DNA of 64,000 bases from Candidatus Poribacteria bacterium (GTDB lineage Bacteria > Poribacteria > WGA-4E > WGA-3G), in contig OZ242029.1 of NCBI GenBank assembly GCA_965205015.1, positions 2,048,001 to 2,112,000 on the forward strand, read 5' to 3'. Shown here one piece after another: positions 9,527 to 19,198 of the stretch (positions are counted from its first letter, which is position 1; the number at the start of each line of letters is the position of its first letter). A program made the translations under genes and the position numbers. Below the pieces are notes generated by a model. The model had not been told where the DNA came from and did no database searches. It saw nothing but the letters and a program-made list of their open reading frames with translations.

Positions 9527-11095
9527 ATGTCACAAACACACCACATCTTATGGATTGATGATGAAATAGAAGCGTTGCAACCGCATATTCTTGTGCTACG
9601 CGACCGAGGTTACGCGGTCACGCCCGTGACAAATGGTGAAGACGGCATAGCACTTTTAACGCGCGGTGATACGCAGTACAGTGCTATCCTACTTGACCAG
9701 GTGATGCCCGGTAAAGATGGAATGGCAACGCTTGATGCAATCCGCGCCATCAATACACAAATCCCAGTTATCCTCGTCACCCAATCCAGCGATGAACAAT
9801 TTGTTGAGGTCGCTCTCGGTAAGCAGGTAACCGATTTCTTGGTGAAACCGATCGGTGTAGCCCAGATCGTCTCAACGCTGAAGCGCGTCCTCGATCAGCC
9901 CCAGATCGTTGTAGATCAGATTCCGAGTCGGTATACAACCGATTTCAACACGATTCGCGCGATGAAGGACTCGTCACCGAGTTGGCAGGACTGGGTCAAT
10001 ATCTATGTGAAGTTATTGCAATGGGATATGGTGTCTGAAAAGTTAGCCGAGGGTGGGTTAGAGGAAACGCATCTCGCACAGAAAAAAGAGTGCAATACCG
10101 AATTCTCTGACTTTGTCGCAACACATTATCCTGATTGGGTCGCAGGGAGTTCAGACGCACCCCCTTTATCGGTCAACGTTCTGGATCGGCATGTTATCCC
10201 TCAACTTCAAGATGGAAAATCTGTTTATTTTATTGTGGTTGACTGCTTCCGATTAGACCATTGGTTGGCAGTCGAATCCCTCTTGTACCCTTATTTCTCT
10301 ATCGAACGTCAATATAGTTTTTCAATCCTACCGAGTGCGACGATGTACGCGCGAAATGCCCTCTTCAGCGGCTTGTTCCCCATAGAGATTGCTGAACGCT
10401 TTCCACAATACTGGCAGGAAGAATCTGATGGGGACACAAGTACAAATCGCTACGAACGCCAGCTCCTTGAAGCGCATCTGAAGCGCAGAGGTGTCAAACT
10501 GAAACCCGGAATCCAGTACTTCAAGATTTTTGACACCCGAGGTGGCAACACCTACAAAAAACGGGTCGCCGCGAACACGCGTGTGAGTCTCTCAGCACTG
10601 GTCATTAATTTCATTGACATCTTGACCCATCAGCGCTCACAATCTGATGTCCTACAGCAGCTTGCCCCTGATGAATCCGCCTTTCGGGCTTTGGCGCGCT
10701 CATGGTTCTCGCATTCGGTACTTTTCGATATTTTACGTATTATTGCGGCACAAAACGCAACTGTAGTCCTCACCAGTGATCACGGTTCTGTCTTCTGTAA
10801 CCGAGCAACCCGCGCTTACGGTAATCGTGAGACAACGACCAGCCTTCGATTTAAAATCGGCTCTAATTTAGGATGCGAAAAAGGCGAGGCTGTGTATCTC
10901 CGAAATCCAAAGGATTACCGGCTACCGGCGGAGAATGCCAGCAAGGACTACATTCTCGCAAAAGACGATTATTATTTCGTCTATCCGAACGATTTTTATA
11001 AGTATAAACGGCAGTTTCAAGGAGGGTTCCAGCACGGCGGTATCTCGATGGGTGAACTCATAACGCCCGTCGTAACGTTAACGCCGCGGCTGTAA
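9527..11095 (+). CDS. PorX-like response regulator (receiver + PglZ/alkaline-phosphatase domain)
   Basis: ILWIDDE...LLDQVMPGKDG receiver; VVDCFRLDHW, SILPSATMYARNALFSG, TSDHG and FQHGGIS PglZ motifs. Confidence 0.85.
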   Translation: MSQTHHILWIDDEIEALQPHILVLRDRGYAVTPVTNGEDGIALLTRGDTQYSAILLDQVMPGKDGMATLDAIRAINTQIPVILVTQSSDEQFVEVALGKQVTDFLVKPIGVAQIVSTLKRVLDQPQIVVDQIPSRYTTDFNTIRAMKDSSPSWQDWVNIYVKLLQWDMVSEKLAEGGLEETHLAQKKECNTEFSDFVATHYPDWVAGSSDAPPLSVNVLDRHVIPQLQDGKSVYFIVVDCFRLDHWLAVESLLYPYFSIERQYSFSILPSATMYARNALFSGLFPIEIAERFPQYWQEESDGDTSTNRYERQLLEAHLKRRGVKLKPGIQYFKIFDTRGGNTYKKRVAANTRVSLSALVINFIDILTHQRSQSDVLQQLAPDESAFRALARSWFSHSVLFDILRIIAAQNATVVLTSDHGSVFCNRATRAYGNRETTTSLRFKIGSNLGCEKGEAVYLRNPKDYRLPAENASKDYILAKDDYYFVYPNDFYKYKRQFQGGFQHGGISMGELITPVVTLTPRL

Positions 11096-11202
11096 AGCGC
11101 AGCTTGAAAGCCCAGATGAATATGCTATAGAAACCAACATAAGGAGGGGGAAACCTTTCTCCCCTACCTAAAGATAGGGGGCTCAGGTTTCCCGAACATT
11201 TA

Positions 11203-12783
11203 ATGGAAAAGGAGATACTTATTTCTGATGATGAGTATGAAACGCGCTGTGCAGTACTTGAAGGGGGGATGCTGAATGAAATTTACATTGAACGGAAAGC
11301 AGCGACGCAAACATTGGGGAATCTCTACAAAGGACGCGTTGAGAACGTACTACCTGGAATGCAGGTAGCATTCGTTGACATCGGATTGGAGCGCCACGCT
11401 TTTCTACATATTTCTGATCTCAAATATGAGCATGCTGACGAAGATGAGGACGAAAATGGGAAACACAATGGAGACCGGAAATCCAGCAAAAACACCGCTG
11501 TATTGGACCTGAAGGGAAAACAGTCCAAACAGACACGCGGTGGACGCGGCTTCCCGTTTCTCATAAGTGACCTGATTTCAAAAAAACAGGAACTCCTCGT
11601 TCAAGTCGGCAAGGAACCTATCGGAACAAAAGGGGCACGGGTTACCAGTAACATCACACTCCCGGGACGTTATGTCGTCTACATGCCCAATTCCTCGAAT
11701 ATCGGCGTATCACGACGCATTGAGTCTGCATCTGAAAGAGACAGGCTCCGGAACATGGCAAAGGCAGTGAAAGCCGATGTTGAAGGCGGATTTATCATCC
11801 GTACTGCCGCTGAAGGTTTGAACGAAACCGAATTCGCAGCCGAAATCCGATACCTTATCGATCAGTGGAGACAGATATGCACCCGCGCAGACAAAAAATC
11901 CGCACCGAGTCTCGTCAGCAAAGACCTCAGTTTTACCAACAGGATCGTCCGGGATATGCTCACGAAGGAGGTCAAGCAACTCCTTATCGATTCAGACGCA
12001 GGATACCAGGAGACGATGGACTACGTTTCCTCTGTCATGCCGAATCTGAAAGCTCGCGTCTCGCTCTATCGGGAGGATCCAACACTCTTTGAGGCTTACG
12101 GTGTTGAACGCGCACTCAAGGAGGCACTCAGTGAGAAAATTTGGCTCAAGTGTGGAGGACATATTATCATCCAACAGACTGAAGCCATGGTCTCGATTGA
12201 TGTCAACACGGGGCGATTCGTTGGAAAGTCTGACCCAGATAACACAATTCTGAGTGCGAACCTGGAGGCTGTTGAGGAGGTCGTCCGCCAAATTCAATTG
12301 CGGGATTTGGGGGGAATTATCGTTGTTGATTTTATTGATATGGAAGAGGCTGCGCACCGAAAACGGGTCTTTAAAATGCTACAGGAAGCGCTCCGAAAGG
12401 ACCGGGCCCGCACAAACATCCTTCATTTCTCAGATTTAGGACTTGTTGAGATGACACGCCAGCGCACCCGTCCAAGCCTCTCTACCTTACTCATGGAGGA
12501 GTGTCCCTACTGCGATGGACATGGCACGATCCTGTCCGTTGAGACGGTCGTCATTCAGTTGCTACGTGCGATAAAGATGGCGCATAAACAAACGCAGCAG
12601 TCCCAACTACGGGTTATCGCCAATGACTATGTCGTCTCGCATATAAAATCGAAGATGTCGAATAAATTGCGAGAACTCAAGAAGTCATTGAAGTTAGAGC
12701 TCATTCTGGAACCTGATGCCGACTTGCACCTCGAGGATTATCGGATCTTCGTCGGAAAAGGTGAAGAATTGTTTCTCGACTAA
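11203..12783 (+). CDS. rng: Ribonuclease E/G family (RNase G-like)
   Basis: GNLYKGRVENVLPGMQVAFVDIG, IDVNTG, LRDLGGIIVVDFIDM, CPYCDGHG. Confidence 0.9.
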   Translation: MEKEILISDDEYETRCAVLEGGMLNEIYIERKAATQTLGNLYKGRVENVLPGMQVAFVDIGLERHAFLHISDLKYEHADEDEDENGKHNGDRKSSKNTAVLDLKGKQSKQTRGGRGFPFLISDLISKKQELLVQVGKEPIGTKGARVTSNITLPGRYVVYMPNSSNIGVSRRIESASERDRLRNMAKAVKADVEGGFIIRTAAEGLNETEFAAEIRYLIDQWRQICTRADKKSAPSLVSKDLSFTNRIVRDMLTKEVKQLLIDSDAGYQETMDYVSSVMPNLKARVSLYREDPTLFEAYGVERALKEALSEKIWLKCGGHIIIQQTEAMVSIDVNTGRFVGKSDPDNTILSANLEAVEEVVRQIQLRDLGGIIVVDFIDMEEAAHRKRVFKMLQEALRKDRARTNILHFSDLGLVEMTRQRTRPSLSTLLMEECPYCDGHGTILSVETVVIQLLRAIKMAHKQTQQSQLRVIANDYVVSHIKSKMSNKLRELKKSLKLELILEPDADLHLEDYRIFVGKGEELFLD

Positions 12784-12806
12784 CACAGACGAATTGCAAA
12801 TCTGAA

Positions 12807-12835
12807 TTGACATTGACGCGTTTTTAGGGTATAAT
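12807..12835 (+). promoter_or_regulatory. Consensus sigma70 promoter of rplU-rpmA
   Basis: TTGACA-17 bp-TATAAT, followed by an AAGGAG RBS. Confidence 0.75.
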
Positions 12836-12862
12836 TTAATCAGAAAGGAGTGATATTTAAAA

Positions 12863-13201
12863 ATGTATGCAGTCTTTGCGAGCGGAGGGAAACAGCATCG
12901 GGTGGAAGTCGGAAGCCTTATTGATGTTGAAAAACTCGATGCAGCGGTCGGTGACAGCGTCACGTTCTCATCCGTTCTGGCTCTCGCTGACGATGCAGGT
13001 CAGTTACAAGCCGGCTCACCCTATCTTGACAATACTTCAGTTACAGCCGAAGTGATGCAACAGGCACGCGGGAAAAAGATGGTGGTCTTCAAATCGAAAC
13101 GCCGTAAAGGTTACAAACGCAAGTTAGGGCATCGTCAATCATTTACACGCGTGAAAATTACCGCCATTGGCGCGGTGGAGGAACAATCTGATGGCTCATA
13201 A
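12863..13201 (+). CDS. rplU: 50S ribosomal protein L21
   Basis: [14 protein letters not shown]...[14 protein letters not shown]. Confidence 0.95.
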   Translation: MYAVFASGGKQHRVEVGSLIDVEKLDAAVGDSVTFSSVLALADDAGQLQAGSPYLDNTSVTAEVMQQARGKKMVVFKSKRRKGYKRKLGHRQSFTRVKITAIGAVEEQSDGS

Positions 13202-13457
13202 AAAAGGCGGCGGCAGCACCCGAAATGGACGCGACAGTATCGGAAAACGACTCGGTGTCAAAAGATTTTCTGGAAGTTATGTCACCGCAGGGAGCATTCT
13301 CACCCGACAGCGTGGAACACACATTCACGCCGGAAACAACGTCGGAGTCGGGAGGGACTATACACTCTTCTCAAAAATTGATGGATATGTATGGTTTGAG
13401 AGAAAAGACAAATATCGCCGGAAGGTGAGTGTCTATACAGAGCGTCCTGAATTTTAG
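13191..13457 (+). CDS. rpmA: 50S ribosomal protein L27
   Basis: [16 protein letters not shown]; GGAGG RBS before ATG 13191; overlaps rplU by 11 nt. Confidence 0.95.
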   Translation: MAHKKGGGSTRNGRDSIGKRLGVKRFSGSYVTAGSILTRQRGTHIHAGNNVGVGRDYTLFSKIDGYVWFERKDKYRRKVSVYTERPEF

Positions 13458-13489
13458 CGGGTTTACCCGCCTCAGGAATCAACGACCAG

Positions 13490-13541
13490 AAGCCTCGCCT
13501 TAGGGTGTTGCAGCCCGCACCACCCCAAGCGAGGCTTTTTT
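13490..13541 (+). terminator. Intrinsic terminator after rpmA
   Basis: AAGCCTCGC...GCGAGGCTT stem followed by a T-run. Confidence 0.6.
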
Positions 13542-13626
13542 ACTCCAAACTACCCATAAGTTCGGACGCATTGTAGGGGGAGGTCTTGTGCCTGCCTAAC
13601 TCGAAACCGATGGGAAAATTAAAAAA

Positions 13627-14031
13627 ATGAAATGGACAGTCTGGTTCATAACGCTGACAGTAATGTTGGGGTGTGGCGGACAATTACAGCAACTCGCCGT
13701 CGAAACGATGGAGAACGCTCAGGTAGCACTCTCCTCTGCCAACGCGATGGGGGCACAGGAGACTGCCGATACCCCGTTACGCACCGCTCAAGAGATGCTT
13801 GTCACGGCTGAAAACGCTATGAATGCTGGTGATGTAGAGCAGGCGTATCGACTTGCACTCCGCGCGTATCTTCACGCGCGAATCGCAACCGAGACGGCTA
13901 TCGCGATTCGCGAGGAAGCAAACGCGCAAGAGGTCCAAGCGCAACTCGCGCTCACTGAGCAGAACGTTGACGAAGTGCGCCAAAGGCTTGAGGCTATGAG
14001 GGCTGAACTTGAAACGTTAAAGAAATTCTAA
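13627..14031 (+). CDS. DUF4398-like lipoprotein
   Basis: Lipobox-like VMLGC, alanine-rich helical hairpin, upstream of an OmpA-family gene. Confidence 0.65.
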   Translation: MKWTVWFITLTVMLGCGGQLQQLAVETMENAQVALSSANAMGAQETADTPLRTAQEMLVTAENAMNAGDVEQAYRLALRAYLHARIATETAIAIREEANAQEVQAQLALTEQNVDEVRQRLEAMRAELETLKKF

Positions 14032-14127
14032 GCAAATCAAATGCCATAACCGCAGAATGACTGACGTAACCCCGACTTCATTCTGTTTGTGGGAAGGGTT
14101 TGTAACCCCGAATTACGAGGGAAACCG

Positions 14128-15771
14128 ATGAAATATTACGCATTGCTGCTTTTGGCGACAGCCCTTATCGCATCTGGATGCACTGCACCAGAGATTGATG
14201 AAGTCATGCTCGCGACCCAATTCCAGGACGCGCAGCAGGCGATCAATAACGCAGCCGCATTGGATGCTGAACCGTTGGTGCCAGAGGAATTCGGGCGCGC
14301 AGTGAAACTTCTAAATTTCGCTCGGAACTCACAGGAAAAGGGAGACATCCCCCAAAGTGCTGAATTTGCGTATCAGGCAGAATTGGTTGCGCAGATCGCC
14401 AGCGCAAAGGCACGGCAGCACCACGCTCGGCAAAAAGCCGTTACACTCCGAGAACAGATATACCAACAAATTATAAAGACACACGAGCACGAACTCGAAA
14501 TCGCCCGCATTCGTGAGGCGATCCTTGAAGAGCAACTCGCCCGTGCGTTGACTTCTCGCGACAAAGGGCAACAGCATGCAGAGCAACTTTCGACGGAACT
14601 CGCGCAGTTAAAAACATCCCTACGTCAAACCGAACTTCGGTTGTCACTCACGAGCGTGGAATCATTCGTTAATGTTTCAAAATATACCTATCCAGCGATC
14701 GAAGCAACTGCGGACTACGAGCGCGCCCAAGCATCAACCGCTTCGATAGCGAACCTCATTGAGCAAGAGGCGTTCGTTGAAGCAGAGGATGCTATCTCGG
14801 TGGCCCAGAAACTTGCCGATAAACTTTACCAGTTGGCGCAGGAAAACCAGAAGGTGGAAGCAGAAGCAAGGACACGCGCACACGTCTCTATTGGGAAGGC
14901 GGAGGTAATCATCCAGCGCGCACAATACCTCAACGCCAGCCAACACGCACCCCAGCAATTCCAAGAGGCAACGGCACGATTGAAACGCGCAAAACAGGAA
15001 TTAGCCACCAATCGCTACCAGCAAGCGCAACAATTTGCGCAGCAGGCGCAGCAAACCGCCGACGAGGCAACCATAATCGCGGAAGCAGCGGAATTCAGAC
15101 AACGCGCACAGAGGGAGTTAGATCAGCAGGCAGCGAAAGCGCAACGAGCGGTTGATACACTAAAAGGAAATCTCGCAGCGCAAGCAAAGACACAGGTCCC
15201 GCGGTTAGAAGCGCGACTCTATGAACTCGCCAATACAGCTTACACACAGGCAAAAACCGCATTCGCAAACAACGAGTATGAGACGGCTATCGCGGCTTCC
15301 GCTGAGGGCAGTGATTATCTCGAACGTGCTATTGCAAACGCACAACGAATAACATCGGCGAAATCAGATTTACTAAAGGCAGCAAGGCAGATCCCTAAAG
15401 CCACCGTTATAGAGCAGCCGGATAGCGTCCTTGTCCGTATCAGAGGCAATACGTTTGCCCACGGCAGCATCCAGCTTCAAAAAGATTTTTTCGCGACGTT
15501 TGAACAACTCGCAAGGGTCTTACGTCGGGAGAGTTTCAGCAGTTACCCCGTCCGAATCGAGGTACACACAAGTGCCTTGGGAAGTGCGAACCTCAATCGA
15601 AATGTAAGTATGGGGCGGGCAGACGCAATCAAAAGGTCTCTCGTTGAAGAACGGGTCAACCCGGAACGCCTCACGGCTGTGGGCTTGGGAGAAACCCAGC
15701 CCCTTATCAAAGAGGGTCCCACCAAAGAGGAACAGAACCGCAGGATTGATATAATTATCAAGACGAACTAA
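14128..15771 (+). CDS. Lipoprotein with repeated DUF4398-like helical domains and a C-terminal OmpA/MotB peptidoglycan-binding domain
   Basis: IASGC lipobox; long A/Q-rich coiled region; C-terminal N..VS.GRA...GLGETQP...NRRIDI. Confidence 0.8.
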   Translation: MKYYALLLLATALIASGCTAPEIDEVMLATQFQDAQQAINNAAALDAEPLVPEEFGRAVKLLNFARNSQEKGDIPQSAEFAYQAELVAQIASAKARQHHARQKAVTLREQIYQQIIKTHEHELEIARIREAILEEQLARALTSRDKGQQHAEQLSTELAQLKTSLRQTELRLSLTSVESFVNVSKYTYPAIEATADYERAQASTASIANLIEQEAFVEAEDAISVAQKLADKLYQLAQENQKVEAEARTRAHVSIGKAEVIIQRAQYLNASQHAPQQFQEATARLKRAKQELATNRYQQAQQFAQQAQQTADEATIIAEAAEFRQRAQRELDQQAAKAQRAVDTLKGNLAAQAKTQVPRLEARLYELANTAYTQAKTAFANNEYETAIAASAEGSDYLERAIANAQRITSAKSDLLKAARQIPKATVIEQPDSVLVRIRGNTFAHGSIQLQKDFFATFEQLARVLRRESFSSYPVRIEVHTSALGSANLNRNVSMGRADAIKRSLVEERVNPERLTAVGLGETQPLIKEGPTKEEQNRRIDIIIKTN

Positions 15772-15777
15772 AAACTC

Positions 15778-16068
15778 GTGCAGCACAAAAATCCTTATCT
15801 CATCAATCAGGTCGCGATGAGCCTGTTTGGAGATAGATATATCATCATTTACGGGAATACGATTCAGTTCCACAACCACTGTTACCATCTGCGGTCCATC
15901 AATACGCCGGAGCATCCGCACTGTGGATGCTACTACTTAGAGGACGCGAACACCGGTTTGGCTATGTCAAGCGATGTCGATTTCGCACCCCCTGGGGCAT
16001 ACGGCGCGATTTTCGAGCCGCAGACGGGGGACCTTATCGAGTGCGAAACAGTACCTTTCTTGCTGTAG
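15778..16068 (+). CDS. Hypothetical protein (96 aa, His/Cys-rich)
   Basis: Fills the gap between the OmpA gene and guaA on the same strand; GTG start. Confidence 0.5.
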   Translation: MQHKNPYLINQVAMSLFGDRYIIIYGNTIQFHNHCYHLRSINTPEHPHCGCYYLEDANTGLAMSSDVDFAPPGAYGAIFEPQTGDLIECETVPFLL

Positions 16069-16123
16069 GAGCAAGTGATGCTCGCGATTCCAAATTATTT
16101 TTTTCATCTGAAACTGCAAGGCT

Positions 16124-17701
16124 ATGACGAACATCAACAGCACAAACACACCATCCACACAGCAAGAGACTATCCTCATTTTGGATTTCGGGTCGCAGTA
16201 CACGCAGCTGATTGCCCGACGCATCCGTGAGCAAAACGTCTACTGCGAAATTTATCCGCACACGCTACCCCTTTCGCAGATAGAGGCTATTGCCCCAAAG
16301 GGAATTATTCTCAGCGGTGGACCCGCAAGCGTCTACGAGGCGGATGCCCCAAAAATTGATCCCAAACTCTTCGAGTTGGAAACCCCGATATTGGGTATCT
16401 GTTACGGTATGCAACTCATGGCGGCACTGTTAGCAGGCGGAAAAGTCCATCCAGCGACACAACGGGAATACGGGCATGCACCCCTCCAAGTGCTTGATGC
16501 AGCTGACCCACTTTTCGCAGGACTTTCCTCGCAATTTTCTGCTTGGATGAGCCATGGCGATCGTATTGAGGCACCCCCCGTTGGATTCCAGACAATCGCA
16601 CAAACACAGAATGCCCCCATCGCGGCTATGGCGGATCCCACACGCGCGTTTTACGGGTTACAATTCCATCCTGAGGTCGAACATACCGAAGATGCCGATC
16701 AGATTTTGGCGAACTTCACGCGTAGCATCTGTGGATGTCGTAACGCCTGGACAATGCGTGCTTTCATCGCCCGTGCCACAGCACAAATACGGGAACAGGT
16801 CGGAAGTGAACGCGTCCTGTGTGCTGTTAGCGGAGGTATCGATTCAATGGTGCTGGCGACACTTTTACATCAGGCGATTGGAGAGGCACTTGTACCTGTC
16901 TTTGTTGACAACGGTCTCCTCCGAAAGAACGAAGCCGCTGAAGTGCTCAAAACCTGTGAGCAACTCGGAATTCCTCTCGTCGCTGTTGATGCGGTGGCGC
17001 CGTTTCTCAACGGGTTGGCAGGGGTGACAGATCCGGAAAAGAAGCGGAAGGTGATTGGGGCGCAGTTCATCGAAACCTTTAAAGCAACGGTGCAAGAATT
17101 GGGATACACCTTCCGATTCCTCGCGCAGGGCACACTCTATCCCGATGTTATAGAGAGTGTCTCTGTGAAGGGACCGTCCGCTACGATTAAGACGCACCAT
17201 AATGTCGGTGGCCTTCCATCCGACATGCCGTTTGAGCTGCTTGAACCCTTTCGGGAGCTTTTTAAAGACGAGGTACGGGCGGTTGGGGCAGAATTAAACG
17301 TACCAGCGTATGTCCTTGGGCGACACCCGTTTCCGGGACCGGGACTCGCCGTCCGCATTCTGGGTGAGGTGACGCATGAACGTTTAGAGGTACTCCGTTC
17401 AGCAGACGCTATCTTTATCTCTGAAATCAAAAAAGCGGGATTGTATGACGAAATTTGGCAGGCATTGGTTGTTCTTCTGCCCGTCAAAAGTGTTGGCGTG
17501 ATGGGCGACGCGCGGACGTATGAAAACGCGGTTGCACTCCGCGCCGTCACGAGTAGTGATGCAATGACAGCGGATTGGGCGCGTATACCAACCGATGTAC
17601 TCGCCAGAATCTCCAACCGTATTATCAATGAAGTGCAGGGCATCAACCGTGTCGTCTACGACATTAGTTCAAAACCGCCCAGCACAATTGAATGGGAATA
17701 G
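16124..17701 (+). CDS. guaA: GMP synthase (glutamine-hydrolysing)
   Basis: [42 protein letters not shown]. Confidence 0.97.
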   Translation: MTNINSTNTPSTQQETILILDFGSQYTQLIARRIREQNVYCEIYPHTLPLSQIEAIAPKGIILSGGPASVYEADAPKIDPKLFELETPILGICYGMQLMAALLAGGKVHPATQREYGHAPLQVLDAADPLFAGLSSQFSAWMSHGDRIEAPPVGFQTIAQTQNAPIAAMADPTRAFYGLQFHPEVEHTEDADQILANFTRSICGCRNAWTMRAFIARATAQIREQVGSERVLCAVSGGIDSMVLATLLHQAIGEALVPVFVDNGLLRKNEAAEVLKTCEQLGIPLVAVDAVAPFLNGLAGVTDPEKKRKVIGAQFIETFKATVQELGYTFRFLAQGTLYPDVIESVSVKGPSATIKTHHNVGGLPSDMPFELLEPFRELFKDEVRAVGAELNVPAYVLGRHPFPGPGLAVRILGEVTHERLEVLRSADAIFISEIKKAGLYDEIWQALVVLLPVKSVGVMGDARTYENAVALRAVTSSDAMTADWARIPTDVLARISNRIINEVQGINRVVYDISSKPPSTIEWE

Positions 17702-17865
17702 ATGTCAGTCATTAACGATCAGTAGAAAGTTTGCCAGTTGAGAAGTTAGAAAGTTGCGAGAACGTTTAATCGCTGCTGACAACTTTACAACTTTGAAACT
17801 TTAGCACACTTCACAACTTCCCAAGATTCACGTCCTTTTTACTGACCGCTGACGGCTAATTGCCA

Positions 17866-19047
17866 TTACACTGAATAAACCTGCGATGCGGCGTGAACAG
17901 CCGCGCCACGCGTCGCGCTATGCCCCGACTCAATGAGGAGTTTCTCTAACGCACTCAGGACGAGCATAACGTTTCGTTCGTTTGAAGATTCACCCATCAG
18001 CCCAATTCGCCACGCCTTTCCAGCAAAGACACCCAAACCCGCACCGATTTCTATGCCGTAGTCCGCGATGAGGCGTTTCCGAATCAGCGCGTCGTCGATC
18101 CCATCAGGAATACGGAGAGTTGTGAGCATCGGTGCACGGTAGCCCTTTTCGGCTGCAGGTTGCAGACCGATCGCTTTTGCACCCGCAAGGAGCGCACGAG
18201 CATTGTGCACATGCCGTTTATAGCGGACATCCAATCCCTCTTCCAAAACAACGCGCAATGCTTCCCGCAAGGCGTAGATAAGCGATATTGAAACAGTATG
18301 ATGATAACGCCGCTTTTCCTTCTCGCCATGCCAATAGTTTTCGAGGAGCGTCATGTCGAGATAGAAACTCTGGATAGGCGTTTTTCGGTTCCGAATTACC
18401 TCAACGGCACGATCACTGAAACTGATAGGTGAGAGTCCGGGGGGACCGGCGAGACATTTCTGGGTACAACTATACGCAATATCAATGCCGAGAGCATCCA
18501 TATCTACCGGGTGTCCTCCGAGACTGGTCACACAGTCTGCAAGGAAAAGGGCACCGCTTTGATGGGCAATCTCAACGGCATCTTTCAGAGGTTGCAGGAT
18601 ACCCGTAGAGGTTTCGCCATGTACCAACGCAACCAGCTTTGGGGTAGAAACGTTCGCAACGGCTTCAGCGATTTTTTCGGCAGAAATGTGTGTACCCCAT
18701 TCGGCTTCTACCCTTGTCACCACGCCACCGCATCGAGCGGCGATATCGGCGATCCGTTCGCCGAAATATCCTTTGACACCAACAACGACACCGTCACCGG
18801 GTTCAACAACGTTGGCAAGTGCTGCTTCCATCCCGGCGGTACCTGTGCCGGAGACGGGTAGCGTCAACCTGTTTTCGGTTCCAAAGACACGACGGAGCAG
18901 TCCGACCGTGTCGTCCATCACTTGGACAAATTCGGTATCTAAATACCCCAACATCGGGGTGGTCATCGCTTTAAGAACCCGCGCATTGGCTTCGCTCGGT
19001 CCGGGACCGAGTAGCACGCGCGGTGACACTATTAATTCATCGTACAC
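17866..19047 (-). CDS. Alanine/serine-glyoxylate aminotransferase family (class V)
   Basis: LLGPGPS, GTGTAGMEAA, HGETSTG, SCTQKCL, WRIGLMG. Confidence 0.9.
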   Translation of the reverse strand: MYDELIVSPRVLLGPGPSEANARVLKAMTTPMLGYLDTEFVQVMDDTVGLLRRVFGTENRLTLPVSGTGTAGMEAALANVVEPGDGVVVGVKGYFGERIADIAARCGGVVTRVEAEWGTHISAEKIAEAVANVSTPKLVALVHGETSTGILQPLKDAVEIAHQSGALFLADCVTSLGGHPVDMDALGIDIAYSCTQKCLAGPPGLSPISFSDRAVEVIRNRKTPIQSFYLDMTLLENYWHGEKEKRRYHHTVSISLIYALREALRVVLEEGLDVRYKRHVHNARALLAGAKAIGLQPAAEKGYRAPMLTTLRIPDGIDDALIRKRLIADYGIEIGAGLGVFAGKAWRIGLMGESSNERNVMLVLSALEKLLIESGHSATRGAAVHAASQVYSV

Positions 19048-19114
19048 TTTTTTAATTTTTCCTTGCGGTTTTTTAATTTTTCAAACAGTCTTGGCGTGAG
19101 GGGAGTGTGCGCAT

Positions 19115-19144
19115 AAAAAGGGAGGGTGCTATACCGCACCCTCC
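19115..19144 (-). terminator. Intrinsic terminator after the TPR gene
   Basis: GGAGGGTGC/GCACCCTCC stem with an A5 run on the + strand (U-tail on -). Confidence 0.65.
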
Positions 19145-19198
19145 TTTCAGGGAAAGCCTTGCTCAGGCGAGCGAGACTATGGGAACAGGATGTTGCAA

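Noticed and set aside
9527-11095. BREX defence system (PglZ)
   Set aside because: The PglZ domain is fused to a receiver domain and no brx/pgl genes are adjacent.
11140-11195. Riboswitch upstream of rng
   Set aside because: Only one long hairpin (GGGAAACCT...AGGTTTCCC) is visible, with no known aptamer motif.
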